DNA of 63,262 nt, the filler included, from Dimargaris cristalligena (lineage: Eukaryota), in assembly GCA_003614675.1 (NCBI GenBank). It is 2 parts of 2 records of this genome, joined end to end, with 100 filler letters (N's around TTAATTAATTAA, not from the genome) between each part and the next. Parts side by side here need not be neighbours in the genome. Positions count along the whole stretch, not along the records: positions 31,685 to 63,262 come from ML002437.1; 1 more part is not named here. One strand, given 5' to 3'. The notes under the pieces are model-generated. The model had not been told where the DNA came from, ran no database searches, and worked only from the letters and a program-made list of their open reading frames with translations. Each line of letters begins with the position of its first letter. The stretch's first letter is position 1. Shown one piece after another: positions 50,927-63,052 of this stretch. The position numbers were made by a program, and so were the translations under genes.

Positions 50927-52471
50927 TTAAAGTTGAGACAGCTGTTCGTCGAAGGCGGCGGTTCCTTGGTTTTCAGCGACGGCGTTGGTTAGCTTGGTGG
51001 CCAATTCGGTCATCTGGTCGGGAGTCTTCAGCTTGGCGAACAGCTTCTCCAGGTTGTTAAACTGGGTCTCGAGCTGGGAGGCGCTCAGAGAGGAACCGGG
51101 TTCGGCGAAGTAGTTGTTTTCCTATAGATAAGATGGGCGGGGAACGAATGTATCCAAAAATATATATTAAAAAAACATTAACATAGTAGGATTAGTATAC
51201 CATACCACCAGAGTGTTTTATACCAAAGCACAGGGGTATCTCTCTCTCTCTCTCCTTTGAACCAGATCCCAAATGGTCTCGCTCACATCAAGGAAGTTCC
51301 ACTTCCTAATAAATGGTGTAGCACCTACCTTGGCCAGCTTGTTGATGATCTTCTTCTGGGCACGGATAGCGTTCTTGGCCTCTTCCTTCTTCTTCTTTTC
51401 GGCGGCCTTGGTGGCCTTGTCCTGGACAGCCTGGTCCGCAGCGTTCTTCTTAGCCTCAGCCTCGGCCTTTTCCTTGGCGGCGATCTCAGCAGCGCTCAGA
51501 GCAGCGGGTTTCTTGGCCCCAGCGGCCGCTCCACCGCGGACATTACTGGCCTTCTTGGCGTTGCGGCGTTCACGCTCTTCCTTGCGGAAGCGGGCGATAC
51601 GGGGATCGAGCTTCATGGCCTGCTCGACCAGGATACGCAGACGGGCGGTCTCCTCCTTCTTAAGACGGGCCCGTTCGGCGCGGTTCTTCTTATCCATGTA
51701 GCGCTTGTTGTCACGGTTATCAGCCGAGTCAACCTCCTCCTTATCCAAATGTTCGAACGAACGCCACGAGTCGAAGTTAACCCAGAATTCGTAGAAGCTC
51801 TCCACGGTTTCGCGGTCGGTGTCGTTGTCACCGAGACCGGGCACGGGCTGAATCTTGGAGAAACGGGACTCGCGCTCGAACAGGGGGCAGTAGATGTCGA
51901 AATAATCGCCCTTGGCCTTAACCGAGGGGATGGTGTCGTCCAGCTCCGGGTCGACGGAATCGAACTGGCGGCGCTTGACGGGGTCGTTCAGAATTTCGTT
52001 GGCCTTCTGGATACACTTGAAGAACTTATCGTCATGAGCATTACCACCGGCGGCTTTCTTGTCGGGGTGGTGGAGAAGCACCTTCTTGTGGAACTGGCGC
52101 TTGATGTCTTCGGGGGTGGCCCGCCAGCGCAGCTTGGACAGACCCAGGATAGCGTAGTTGTCCTGTTCGCGCCAGTCCTTGGGGTCGGACAACAGGAGAT
52201 CGGGATCTTCCTCTTCATCATCGTACTCATCCTCGTGGACCTGGGTGTCGTTGGCAGCGGCTTGCTGGGCGGCCTGTTGATGGGCGGCGAAGGTCAGATG
52301 ATCGGGGAACTCGGCCTGCTTGCCCTCGCTCTGGTAGGTTAGGAATTGGGCCACGCGCTCGCCCACATTGGCCACGGATTGCTCGGTGGTGGCGGTAAAT
52401 TGGGCTTGGATCTTTTGGGTCTCGCCACTAGTCCAGGTGGACGGCAGGGCCGTAAGTGTAAGGGGAGCCAT
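50927..52471 (-). CDS. ZUO1: Zuotin, ribosome-associated J-domain chaperone, 2 exons, ~445 aa
   Basis: Exons 52471-51329 and 51121-50927. J-domain DPKDWREQDNYAILGL...HHPDK, FESESRFS-like FERESRFS, FW.NFDSWRSFE, and NRDNKRY.DKKN, followed by a charged helical region. Confidence 0.95.
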
Positions 52472-53198
52472 AGTTACTGTTATTTAAAAAATAATAAAAA
52501 AATGACAAGACAAGTCCAAGGCTAAACCAGAAAGAACTAGCTGAAATAGAGAGATATGCGATGAGGCAAAAGCACTAGGGACCCAAAGCGACTCTATAGA
52601 ATACAGTAGTGTGGGGGGGATATAAAATTGCCCAGAGTGAAAAAAAGCCCAGAGCCTCTCCATCCCAGGTTAACACAGCGTAAAAATCCAACTCGACCTC
52701 GATAAGAGTGGTCCATTCCAGGAGAGGGTATGTTTAGTCACGTGATACTTGAACAATCGACGTGCCGAATTGGTTGCTCTTGATTGAAACAGCCGAGATA
52801 TACTGTAGGTAGAGAGAGAGGTCTGCTGAGAGGGCTGGTGGGCGGGAATGGTCTCCTCGCTATGTGTGCATCAGGTCTCCTCTCCCTGCCTATATGCCAC
52901 CAACCCCCCCTTCATCACTTATTCTTCCGCAAAATTAAAGGTGAATGCGAGGCATCTCTTTGACCAAGACATTGGGTTTTTCCAGGCGGTTGGCATTCCT
53001 GTTGCATTACTTCATTTCCACTCCTTTCCCCTTTTGGGTTCCTCCCCTGTCTCACTATATATCAAGTGGACGTCTCTGTACAGTACCTCATTCCCCCCAA
53101 GACCACTCTTTCGACTCAGTCCATTTTAGTACAATAAACCGTAGTCCTTTTTCACCTATCTATAATTATATTTTCAACTAGAATATCTTTTCCCCGTC
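52472..53198. promoter_or_regulatory. Divergent (bidirectional) promoter region between ZUO1 and TFA2
   Basis: Head-to-head ATGs 727 bp apart. Contains GCGATGAG (52558-52565), TATAAAA (~52623) and GTCACGTGA (52737-52745). Confidence 0.5.
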
Positions 53199-54755
53199 AT
53201 GTCCTCGCTACTCCAGGAGCAGGCCAATTTCAAAAAGCGCCTGGCGGCCCAGCCTTTGCTTAAGCGACCTCAAATTGCTCGTCCCCATCCAATCGAACCT
53301 GTGGCCAAAAAGCCAAAGGCAGATTCATATTTCCGTGACCAACGGTCCCGGATATCAACTGCTGGTAAGCACTGCGTATTCGCCGTTATCCCTTGACTTC
53401 TTGGATAGGTTTATGCATTCGCTCTGCTCCGCACTGAATATAATATATTCCTTTGACGTACCCCCCCCCCTTCAACGGCCACTATAACCCATTCTCTATA
53501 CCCAATACCCTGCTCGTTAACTCTTATATTTTTCGTCCGTGCCTCTGGGGGGCTATTTTTCATTCAATAGCTGCCTCCCCTCTTACTGGTCTGCAGGGCG
53601 CACTGTCACAGGCAAACAACCAGCCTCGACATGTGGGAACCGTCGTGTACGATGTCATTAACTACCTAAAGGTATGTGGCTGTGACCCGAGGTAGTCGAG
53701 CTTCTAGTCCCTCCCCTGGATTGAAATTTCCATGTGTGTTGAATATTAACTAGGTGCCAGCTGGTATTTAGTCCCTTATACTCACCGCCCCCATTGTCTA
53801 TGGACGTATATATCTATATACACTCAGAAACTACAAATTCCCCAATCCTTCGAGGAGATCGAGATTGCCCTCGGTGTGGATGTCAAATCTAGCGAGGAGA
53901 TTCGGCAGCGATTAATAGAAAATACCAAAATCATTTTCAACGCCGATGTGGGTACTCTTGAGTATAAACCCACCTATGACCTCCGCACACCGGACGACCT
54001 ACTCACACTGCTCCAGAGCCGCACTTATGAGTGCGGTACCGATATCCGGGACTTCAAGGACTGCATACTGAACGTGCGGGAGGCGGCCGAGGCCCTTATC
54101 AAACAGGGACTGGTTCTGGCTATCCGAAACAAGGACAACGTGCCTCGTTACCTCTTCTATAACCCCCATCCCGCGGTTCGTGTGGATGTGAACCCCGAAT
54201 TCAAGGAGGAATGGAATAGGCTAAAAGTCCCTGACGAGGCGGACCTGTCAAAGGAATTGGACCGTGCCGGTCTGAAGCAGATGGAGGTCTTCCAGACCGT
54301 CATATCAGACAAAGACGTAAGTACCATTTGCCAGATTGCTCTACGAGCTTTTTTACCCGGGATCATGCGCTGGACCATATCTTTTGGGGTCTTGCTATCC
54401 GATTGGTAATAGGTGGCCCTGGTCGAGTGGTCCCTGGTGAGGTCGAAGGCTGTTCTGTCGTATCCACCGGTTGAAACTTACTATCCTATTTTCTGGGCTG
54501 TGGGTTTTGGCCATTTTCACCCATGCCAGTTCAAAAGCTTCTCACTTGGTTGTTTACAATTCCGGGCCTAACTGTTTCATCACCTGCTTAACACCCTTTC
54601 GTCCTTTTCATCGTATCTGTTTGGCAATACTTTGGAACTGGCTGCTATTTCAGTCCAAATCTAAGAAGCCGAAGGCGCGAAACCGCCGGGTTAAAATTAC
54701 CAACACCCATTTGCAAGGTATCGATCTTACCACGGACTATGTGGTGGAGAACTAA
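53199..54755 (+). CDS. TFA2: Transcription initiation factor IIE beta subunit, 4 exons, ~285 aa
   Basis: Exons 53199-53364, 53571-53671, 53828-54316 and 54654-54755 splice in frame. Motifs: MSSLLQEQANFKKRL, VINYLK, LEYKPTYDLRT.DDLL.LL, LFYN, EFK..W..LKVP, L.RAGLK, and C-terminal KITNTHLQGIDL. Confidence 0.92.
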
Positions 54756-56453
54756 CAGGGAAAGCGTGGCATTCTATGGGTGCATCTCATGTCCACCTAC
54801 CAGTGGTACATTTGTATCTTGCTCATACCTCCCTGATACACGCTTATCCAAGCCCTACTTTAGCATTAGCAGAGTTTCTTCAGCTAACGAGCCTTTTAAA
54901 TGGTGTTTGGTTTCGGCTAAATATGTATATTTCTATGACGTTTATTTTATTTGATACATCTATACTTTGGGGGTATACGCCTGAACGCTAAGCCCAGATG
55001 GTGTAGAGGGATATGATAATAAATTGGTATGGAAGTTAATTTGGATTGCCTGGACTGCCGTCGGCCCACAATATGCTTAGATATAGTTAATTTAATTATT
55101 TGCTTTTAAACAGGGCTCAATTGCAAAGCAATGTCTCCCATTATATCCCAGAAACCACGGAGATATGTGGATATAGCCTTACTATGGGTACAATCCCTTG
55201 ACTTGCCAATTAAGCAATACTGTTCAATTGTAACAGAGACAAGTTTGGTATTAGCTGGGCCGGATAGTAAATCCGTTGTGGCGGTGGTAGTGCATTAATG
55301 GGATTGGAAGTGGTCTATTGGTAAGTGCTGAATACTATTGCTGCAATAGTGACTCGGTTATTAAAGTCAGCCTCTTGAAAGTACAGGAAAGGGGGAAGGA
55401 AGGGGGAGGGAGTTTACTGGCATTGCCATCTATAAATAATATCTGAGAGTGTGCTTCTTATCCGGGGCCTGAATAAAGTGGAAGGACCCACTCATTAAAA
55501 GGGATAAAGGGGCTTGGTGCATGACAATTAAATGCAAGTCTTGGACTTTTCCCTTTCCATTTAGCTACCTGTAGACGCTAAAGGGACCTCTTCCCTAGAA
55601 ATATTTTGCTTGGCTAGACCAGCCTTCCGCTGGTCTCCAAGATACACCAGTACCAATATGATAAATTAATATGATTTTTGTTAGTCGGTTTGACAGGGCC
55701 AAGTTTGGTATAATCATCCTGTTTATGCCGCTCCTTGGCCAATTCATGGCAGGGCCTGTACCGAAGCCCCACAATTTAGCACCATGGCTTCCAACCAAGT
55801 GGCATTGGCTAGAAACAGCCGGCCACGACTGGCTTTGAAAAACTTGCGACGAAGGGGTCCTTAAAAATATCAAGTGAAGAGGGTCGCAAGACAGGAGATT
55901 CAGTTAGAACCAACGGTTGAGTGTGTCGGTACGAATATTCGTGCCTAAGAAGTATACTACCAAGTTTGTGGACCAAAATACAGATGAAGGCATAATTCAA
56001 CTGCCAACCTGGTTGGGTGATTCCATGGACATGGCCCTTACGAGTTCGCCTAATTTTATCCTCATCACTCTCGTCTTGTTTGGTGTCTAGCACCATGCTC
56101 AATTATTGAAATGCCCCGGGTCAAAGTGGCTGGGCATGGCTTGTGATTCATGGAACTACACAAACACTGGTCCCCGTTGGCTGCCAAGTGAGAGCCCCCC
56201 TTTTATTAATTAGACATTTCATTGGAGTCGACCCCCTCCCGTCTTGTTGTCCTCCTCGATAAATGGTTTAACCATCCACTTCCCTCGATGGACTACACTC
56301 TGGTCTATTCACTCCACTGGTTTGAGGCCCTAGGATATGGAATAGGCGATTCACTACTACTCCAGTGAAAATAGTACATTCCTTTATTATCAACATACCA
56401 GCAATGCGAATACCACATACCCCTTCCTCTTTCTTGAATCTGCAGTTGTCTAA

Positions 56454-56875
56454 TTTAATAATATGAAGGCCCCGGCACGTTCGGGTTACTGATTAGAAAC
56501 TCAACATTGCTCACACGGCCACCCCAGAAACTGTTGCTGTTGCCTATTTTGCCTGGGATACTTGCAACGCCAATTGCTCTTGCACAGGATCAAAGCGGAA
56601 CATGCCCTTCGTTATAAAAAGCAACCCCTGCCCCACTCCAATGTATCTGCAAGTTATCTACTGAACTCTAATTACTCCGTCAACACTTTCCTCCTATTTA
56701 AAATATTAAAACCCTTCTGTATAATCCCAAGGACTTTTCATCTACACCATCTGTTTATTTATGTATTAAATTATTACTGGCCACTGCCGACACCGCCAAT
56801 TACCGCCAGTAAAAAATAATCCCCCCATACCCAGCTTAATAATCGATTATCCCCCACTCAACCTTAGCCAACAAT
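56454..56875 (+). repeat. Duplicated promoter/5' region, copy A (homologous to 60477-60883)
   Basis: Shares colinear blocks with 60477-60883: TTTAATAATATGAAG, CAACAT.GC.CA, T(T)GCAA, ACATGCC.T.CG, TATA box followed by AAGCAACC, and CTGCAAG.T.TCTA. Confidence 0.75.
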
Positions 56876-58624
56876 ACGCGTGTTACTCTCGGCGGTGCTT
56901 TCGTTTTAGACCTCCACTTAATCGTGTGCGGGTCCTTGGCCCCTGAAGTCTCCGCCTCTGAACCAGGGGACTCCAGCCCCAATAGCACGTCGAGCGAAGC
57001 CCCGTCTGCGGGCGTATATCGGCCGCCGGGTGCCTTTCGCCCGGGAGGGAATCTCGGGTTCCGAAACCCTAACCGCCCTCTTACCGAGCTGGTTAACCGG
57101 GGTCCCCATCGTTCCCGAAAGATGACGGCGAGTCCTCCTGGTCTATGGTGGGTCAAAAGAATCAGGCCAAGTCGAGACCTCCTACCGGGAATGGCTGGGG
57201 GGGGGGGTCCTCCTCCTCAATGAATAACAGCGGTAGTTGGAATAGCGGTGGGCGTTATAACAAAGGTCAAGGCGGGACGGACACTGGTCGTTTCAACGGC
57301 GGTCAAGGTGGCAGCGGTAACTGGTCAAATGGGGGGGGGGGGGGACGGCGGCGGGAGCTTTAGTAAAAATTCCCGCCCCAACCAATCCGGCCTGGATAGC
57401 GGCTTCTCCTCCACCTCCAGTTGGCGAGCCTCGGGGGCTGCCGACAGGGATGATAACTGGCGAACCAAGAAGGCTCCCGGCGCCAGTATTCTCGAAAGTG
57501 GTCCATTGAGCGGTGGTAATAGGCCCCCTCAGACATCACTGGATGACCTTAACAGCAGTATGTCCAGTATGAGTCTCAAGTCGGGGCCCAACCGCAAATG
57601 GGAGGGAGATCGCCCAGGTCGAACCGAATCCCGGCTTTACAATACGAAAACTAGTGAATCGTGGGGCCCGCCACTGTTCGACTACGATACCTAGATCAAA
57701 TACGTGAAACTACCCAATACTCATGAGCGATATATCATCATTGGTGATATACATGGTCAGCTGAATGACTCGAACAAGTTGCTGGAAAAGGTGCAGTTCA
57801 ATAAGAGCAAGGATCTCGTCATTCTAGCCGGTGATCTGGCGAATAAGGGACATGCCTCGCTCGGGGTTCTGAGGCTGGCTCAGAATATTGGGCCAAGTGC
57901 GTGAGCGGCAATCACGAAAACTATCTATACTCGATTCGTAAGGAAACCAAATTAGACAAACCCTCCAAAAAGTGGAAGGATGATCAGGTTTCATTTGTCA
58001 AGTAAGTGATAAAAACGACTGTTTATTTATGAGTGATTTTATTTATAGTCCATATGTTTACGTATGAATTGCGCTATAACACTACACTCAGTGACCAAAA
58101 ATTAGTGGGACTAACAATTTTGCTGATTATGATATGCCTATTTTAACAATCCTTAACTCGTCTTCTGGGGCGCAAATCTCTACCATAACCAAATGGATAC
58201 TAATGACTGGAAGTATCTAGACAGTTGCCCCTTAGTTCTTGAATTTCCGGACCTCGATGAAAAAGTGGTGGTGGCCCATGCGGGTGTCGATGTGAACGCG
58301 CCTATTGATGATCAAGACTCGAACTTCACCATGTATGTTCCCTATATGGCCAACGTAAAGGTGGCGGTCAAATATTACAAAGCTCATGCGAATTGGCAGG
58401 AGGAGTGGGCTCAAAAGCAATCTCAGGATGGAATGACGGTGGTTTACGGTCATGCCGAGCTGAAAACCCCCGAAGTTCGACCATTTATCAAGGGCATTGA
58501 TACCAGCTGTTATCTGGGTGTGGAGCTCACTGCCAACATTTACCCAGGTGACGAAATGGTGAGTGTAAGATGTACCAAAGCCCTGAAGCCGGGAAAATCT
58601 GAGACGGCGCCGTTATCGAAGTAA
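56876..58624 (+). pseudogene. ApaH-like/Ppn2-type metallophosphoesterase copy 2, disrupted, with Gly/Asn-rich N-terminal domain
   Basis: The start codon is ACG (56876) where the paralog has ATG. Frameshifts near 57110, in the G14 run (57331-57344) and at ~57890. In-frame TAG at 57692. The intron donor at 58002 is intact, but the acceptor is CATAA (58184-58188) where copy 1 has CATAG. Motifs GDIHG, GDLANKG, GNHE, VAHAG, VVYGH and GIDTSCY are still visible. Confidence 0.85.
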
Positions 58625-60476
58625 CCATGTGCTTCCTACTCATCTGAAAACAAAAATGCCCACCTCTTCTTTTGCTATCAAGCAATACGTTCAAGGAAAA
58701 GATAACTTTAACCGCGGTCGTTTTAGCTAAACCTTTTATAATTCGGGTTGATGTATATTAGTATGCCGTCCACTTGAGTGTAAATAATAAAATCTATCGC
58801 TTATGAACTTGGTAAGGGGAGATTCGCAATGTTCGTTTTGAGCCCGGAGAATTTCATATGGGGCGGCTATTACATTACGGTTAGTTGAATCGTTTAGCCA
58901 TTGTCAATGGTATAGATTAACCCTAACCAATCTTCAAAGTGGCTTAATCAACGATTGAGGATTTATTGAAAAATTTGTCCCGACGGGTCTTTCATCTTAT
59001 CCTATTTCCCCCTATTACATTAGTTTATTTAGTTAACCTGTAACCACGCAGTATAACCACTTTTGTTTTACCCTACCGAAAATACAGTCCAATAAAACTA
59101 ACCCCACCTAGAGATACCAACCATCCTCTAACTGTTTTCTTCCTTTACTTCCAGGTTAATTGCTTCGCCTTTATATTCCAACGCCATGTTGGGCCGATTT
59201 TTCGTGGCAGTCAACACGTCAGGAAAAAAGAGAATATAAATGGCCAAGAAAACAAAAAATAGTTTAGCTGTCAAAAGAAAGAACTTGCAGCTAATTTTTG
59301 GTTGAGGCAACGATGGGAATTAATGAGACAGGGTCCTACTTTGAGGAGGGGCGGGTGGCCTTACATTAATTGTCCAGCGGCAACCGTTCAATTATCAGCT
59401 CGGCTGACCATATATGCCGCTCCTTTATTTCCTATCTAATCTCCCTCGTTCCACGGGATCCTCCACTCTCCCACCTCATACTCCTAGCCTACACTTTACC
59501 CTTGCAGCCCGTACGCCATCTACTTTAAGTTTTCTTTGGGGTCTCTATTATCTATATTGTAACGACACCAGTATACTGACCCCCCTCTCTTTATAATCCC
59601 AGGCTGGTTCATACACTGCTTTGTAGATCAATAAAGACAGCATCGCTATTGGGGCCAAGCTAGTTGAGAACATCGATTGTCTAAAATTAGATGGGCGGGG
59701 AACTGGCCTTGGCAATTCACACCTCGACCCATATTCCCTCTTGATGCGCCCCATTTCCCTTTTGGATGGGCTTATCTCCAATATACTTGGGTGTTATTAA
59801 TCATTATATTCGCCAAAAATTTATAGTGACACTGCCTACACTGCGCTGCAAAATATACTAATTGGGTGGCAAAAAAATAGCAGTGATATCGGTTAAAATA
59901 TAGTAGGTCCTTTGGTGTTTATATTGTCCATTAAAATATACGACACTAACCTAATTTTTTCAGGTTTATGAGTAACGGTTAAGACCCAAAGACAGGGCTT
60001 ACAGCTTGCTAAACTCCGACTGGATAATTGTAGGGTTTTGTAACTTCTAGCATAGCATCTACTCTACTACTCCCCGCCTTCGCTGTTCCTGATAAATTAA
60101 AGGCCGGGTCCGGTGGGACCGAGTGTTTCAAAGATATACAATCTTGATCGGGACCAATATCTAATACTTAGTTGACGAATTGGGCTTCCAACAAGTGTTC
60201 GTGCTGACCCCACTGCTCTCTCCATCGAATGCATCCCACCTCCCCCCCCCCTGTGCGCCAGTATTGCCCACTTTACTGCAAATTAACTTATGAGTGGCAT
60301 AATTCAGCAGTTTCTTCGGCGGGTTACCATCTAATCTATTCATTCAGCTGACTCAAGACCCAGGTTTAATATTAGGTTGATGTGCCGCTGGCGGGAGGAT
60401 CCAACCCCTATCCAATTAGTAGGTCGGCACCATGCCTCCTATCCCCTTACTCTTATTCTACTCGTAAGCAATATCG

Positions 60477-60883
60477 TTTAATAATATGAAGACCCCCGGC
60501 TCGCTCGAGCTACTTAGTTGGTGGCCAACATCGCCCATAAGGCCGCCTCAAAAGCAAATTCTATTGTCTGAATTCCCACCCGTATTTGCAATGTAGTTGT
60601 CTAGTACATGGACCAACTGATACATGCCTTCTCGTATATAAAGCAACCTTTTCCTGGCTCTAAATGAACTGCAAGCTGTCTATTTAATTATAATCACTCT
60701 ATAAAAATCTTATACCTACTCTATTCAATAACCCTTTTTCTCGAATTCTATTGGCCGCTTATTGACAGCACGCACATAATCTAAAAAATATTACCGGCCT
60801 CTGGTAAATCCAATCACTTTCTGTAAAATTTTCCCCGTCTAATCCCAAAATCAACTCTCTCCTACCCAACACCAACGATCAAT
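60477..60883 (+). repeat. Duplicated promoter/5' region, copy B
   Basis: Colinear homology to 56454-56875. TATATAAA at 60635 corresponds to TATAAAAA at 56613. Confidence 0.75.
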
Positions 60884-63052
60884 ATGCGCGTGACTCTTAG
60901 CGGCGCGTTTGTCCTAGTCTTCCACTTCTTCGTGTGTGGATCACTTGCTCCTGACGTTGCGGCCTCTGAACAAGGGGAGGCCAACGTCGGTGACCCATAG
61001 AACCAAAACTCCCCAACTAACACTTCCCGTCCACCCACTGCCTTTCGTCCAGGAGGGAATCTCGGCTTCCGAGCATCAACCCGGCCTCTCGAACAGACGA
61101 TGGAAAGGCCCCGCTGGGACAATGGGCGTTTGCCTCCTGATAATACTAGCAGACCGCTTGGTCCGTCCAACACTGGTGGGAATTGGCAGAACCAAAACCA
61201 GAGTTACAATGGTCGAGGCAGCTTCGGCGGTTCAAATAGCGGCTCCAATAACCGGCCCAACCAAAAATATAATGGCCCGTCCAACAATAACAATAATTAT
61301 AGCAATAATCGGAACTCCAACCGTAATTACAATGACAACAACGGTGGTAATTACCAACCAGGTAGGTTCAATGGTGGCAGCAACCAAAGGTGGAAGGATG
61401 ATAGGACTTCCACTTCAGCCGACAGCAGCCAAAACTGGCGAGCCAAGAAAACCGTGGAAACCAAGAATAGCGCGAGTGCAACGGCAAAAAAACCGACCCT
61501 TTGAACCAGGATGGCACGACCCTCTCGAGTGACCAAGCAGCGGCATTGTCATCGTCAAATGTTGACACTTCGAGTTCTAATACGCAACCTGGCAAATCAC
61601 TTATTTCGACCTCCTCGAATGACCAAGCGACATCACCATCACCATCATCGTTGTCGTTGTCAAATGTTGAAGCATATGATTCTAATCCACGACCCGGCGG
61701 TAAGCTTTTTTCAACTCCATCGCTTGCCGAGGGTTCGAGTGGCACACAATTCCCAATACGAAAGTCTGCGGGATTCAGCTCCGGCAATGTCTCCGACAGG
61801 CATTATTCCACTCGGGATGACTCAGAATATCCTCAGACGAACCCATCCATTGATAAGCTCGCCAGTTTAATGAGCAATATGCGTATGGACATTCCCAAGC
61901 AACTGCTACAACTGGACCCACCTACTCAAACGGGGTTACTGAAACTTCCCAACCGTGGTTCAGAGACCCGTCGCAGGTTGGCCGAGATGGGCTCCACTGG
62001 TTCTCTAAATTCGGTGGGATCAACTCCGGGGAAAATATCCAAGTGGAAAAGTTACCCGAAGGAGAACCATGGGCCTACATACTACTCCCGAAGAACCGGT
62101 ATAAGATTGTTCCCCCCGCAGTACGACTACAGTTCCTTAGTCAAATTCGAGAAGCTGACCGACACCAGTAAAAGGTATATTATTGTAGGCGATGTACATG
62201 GCCAACTGACCGACTTGAAGGCCTTGCTGGAGGAAATGAAGTTCGATAGGAAGTGGGACCAAGTCATTCTAGCCGGCGATCTGGTTGCTAAGGGTGAAGA
62301 CTCCCTTGGGGTTTTGAAATTGGCTCGGGAAATCGGGGCCAAGTGCATACGTGGCAATTACGAAGATTTTATTTTCTTGATTCTGAAAGAAATACCTCAA
62401 AACCGGCCCTCTAGGGATTGGAAAAATGAACTTACTATATTAGCAGGGTAAGTTTTGTACCATTTTTAAACCCTTCAATATGGGGGGGGGGGGTGTTTAC
62501 TTCACCAAGATTTATCCCGAGGGCTATAAATACTGACCTACAAATCCATTGCTATTTTGTCCACTCCTCTATACATTATCCCGGTTTACCTATATCCTCT
62601 CCCACATGGCAACTATAATTAGTACACTGACCAAGGAGGACTCAGATTATCTGGATGGCTACCGCCTAGTCTATCAGCTTCCGGATATAAATAATGAAAA
62701 GGTTCTTGTAGTCCATGCTGGTATGGATGCCTCAAAACCCATCAATGACCAAGACCCTGCTTTTGCCATGTATGTCCCATACTTGTGCTCCACCACCAGA
62801 TTCAATGGCTATGAGGATTATCATGGAGTTTGGCAAGACCAATGGGCCAGTCATCAGAGACAGGATGGTACCATAGTCATTTACAGTCATGAAGAAAAGC
62901 GGGAGCCAGTCATTGGAACATGGTCCAAGGGTATTGATACCACTTGCTATAAGGGTGGCTGATTGACGGCAATTACTTACCCTCTGGGTAAAATAACCAG
63001 TGTTAAATGCACTGACCACAGAAGGACCAGCTCACTCAACTCTTGGGATTAA
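60884..63052 (+). pseudogene. ApaH-like/Ppn2-type metallophosphoesterase copy 3, disrupted, with Asn/Gly/Arg-rich and Ser-rich N-terminal domain
   Basis: ATG 60884 begins a signal-like MRVTLSGAFVLVFHFFVCGSLA. In-frame TAG at 60998; frameshift at the A7 run 61486-61492; intron 62448-62622; GNHE changed to GNYE; YGH changed to YSH; in-frame TGA at 62960; homologous end TAA at 63052. Confidence 0.85.

Noticed and set aside
51257-52342. 361-aa ORF antisense to ZUO1
   Set aside because: Same codon-bias shadow effect in a highly biased gene.
55560-56102. Possible retroelement fragment or small ORF
   Set aside because: No RT, integrase or transposase motif and no terminal repeats were seen.
61484-61504. 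Possible programmed -1 frameshift at A AAA AAA joining the two halves of phosphatase copy 3
   Set aside because: A -1 slip would join the frames, but the gene has other stops and catalytic-site mutations. A homopolymer indel or sequencing error is simpler.
57692-62962. Stop-codon reassignment, readthrough or A-to-I editing as an explanation for the in-frame TAG/TGA codons
   Set aside because: TAG and TGA terminate intact genes in this window (chitin synthase, VPS24, CAX4), and the same copies also carry frameshifts and splice or start lesions.
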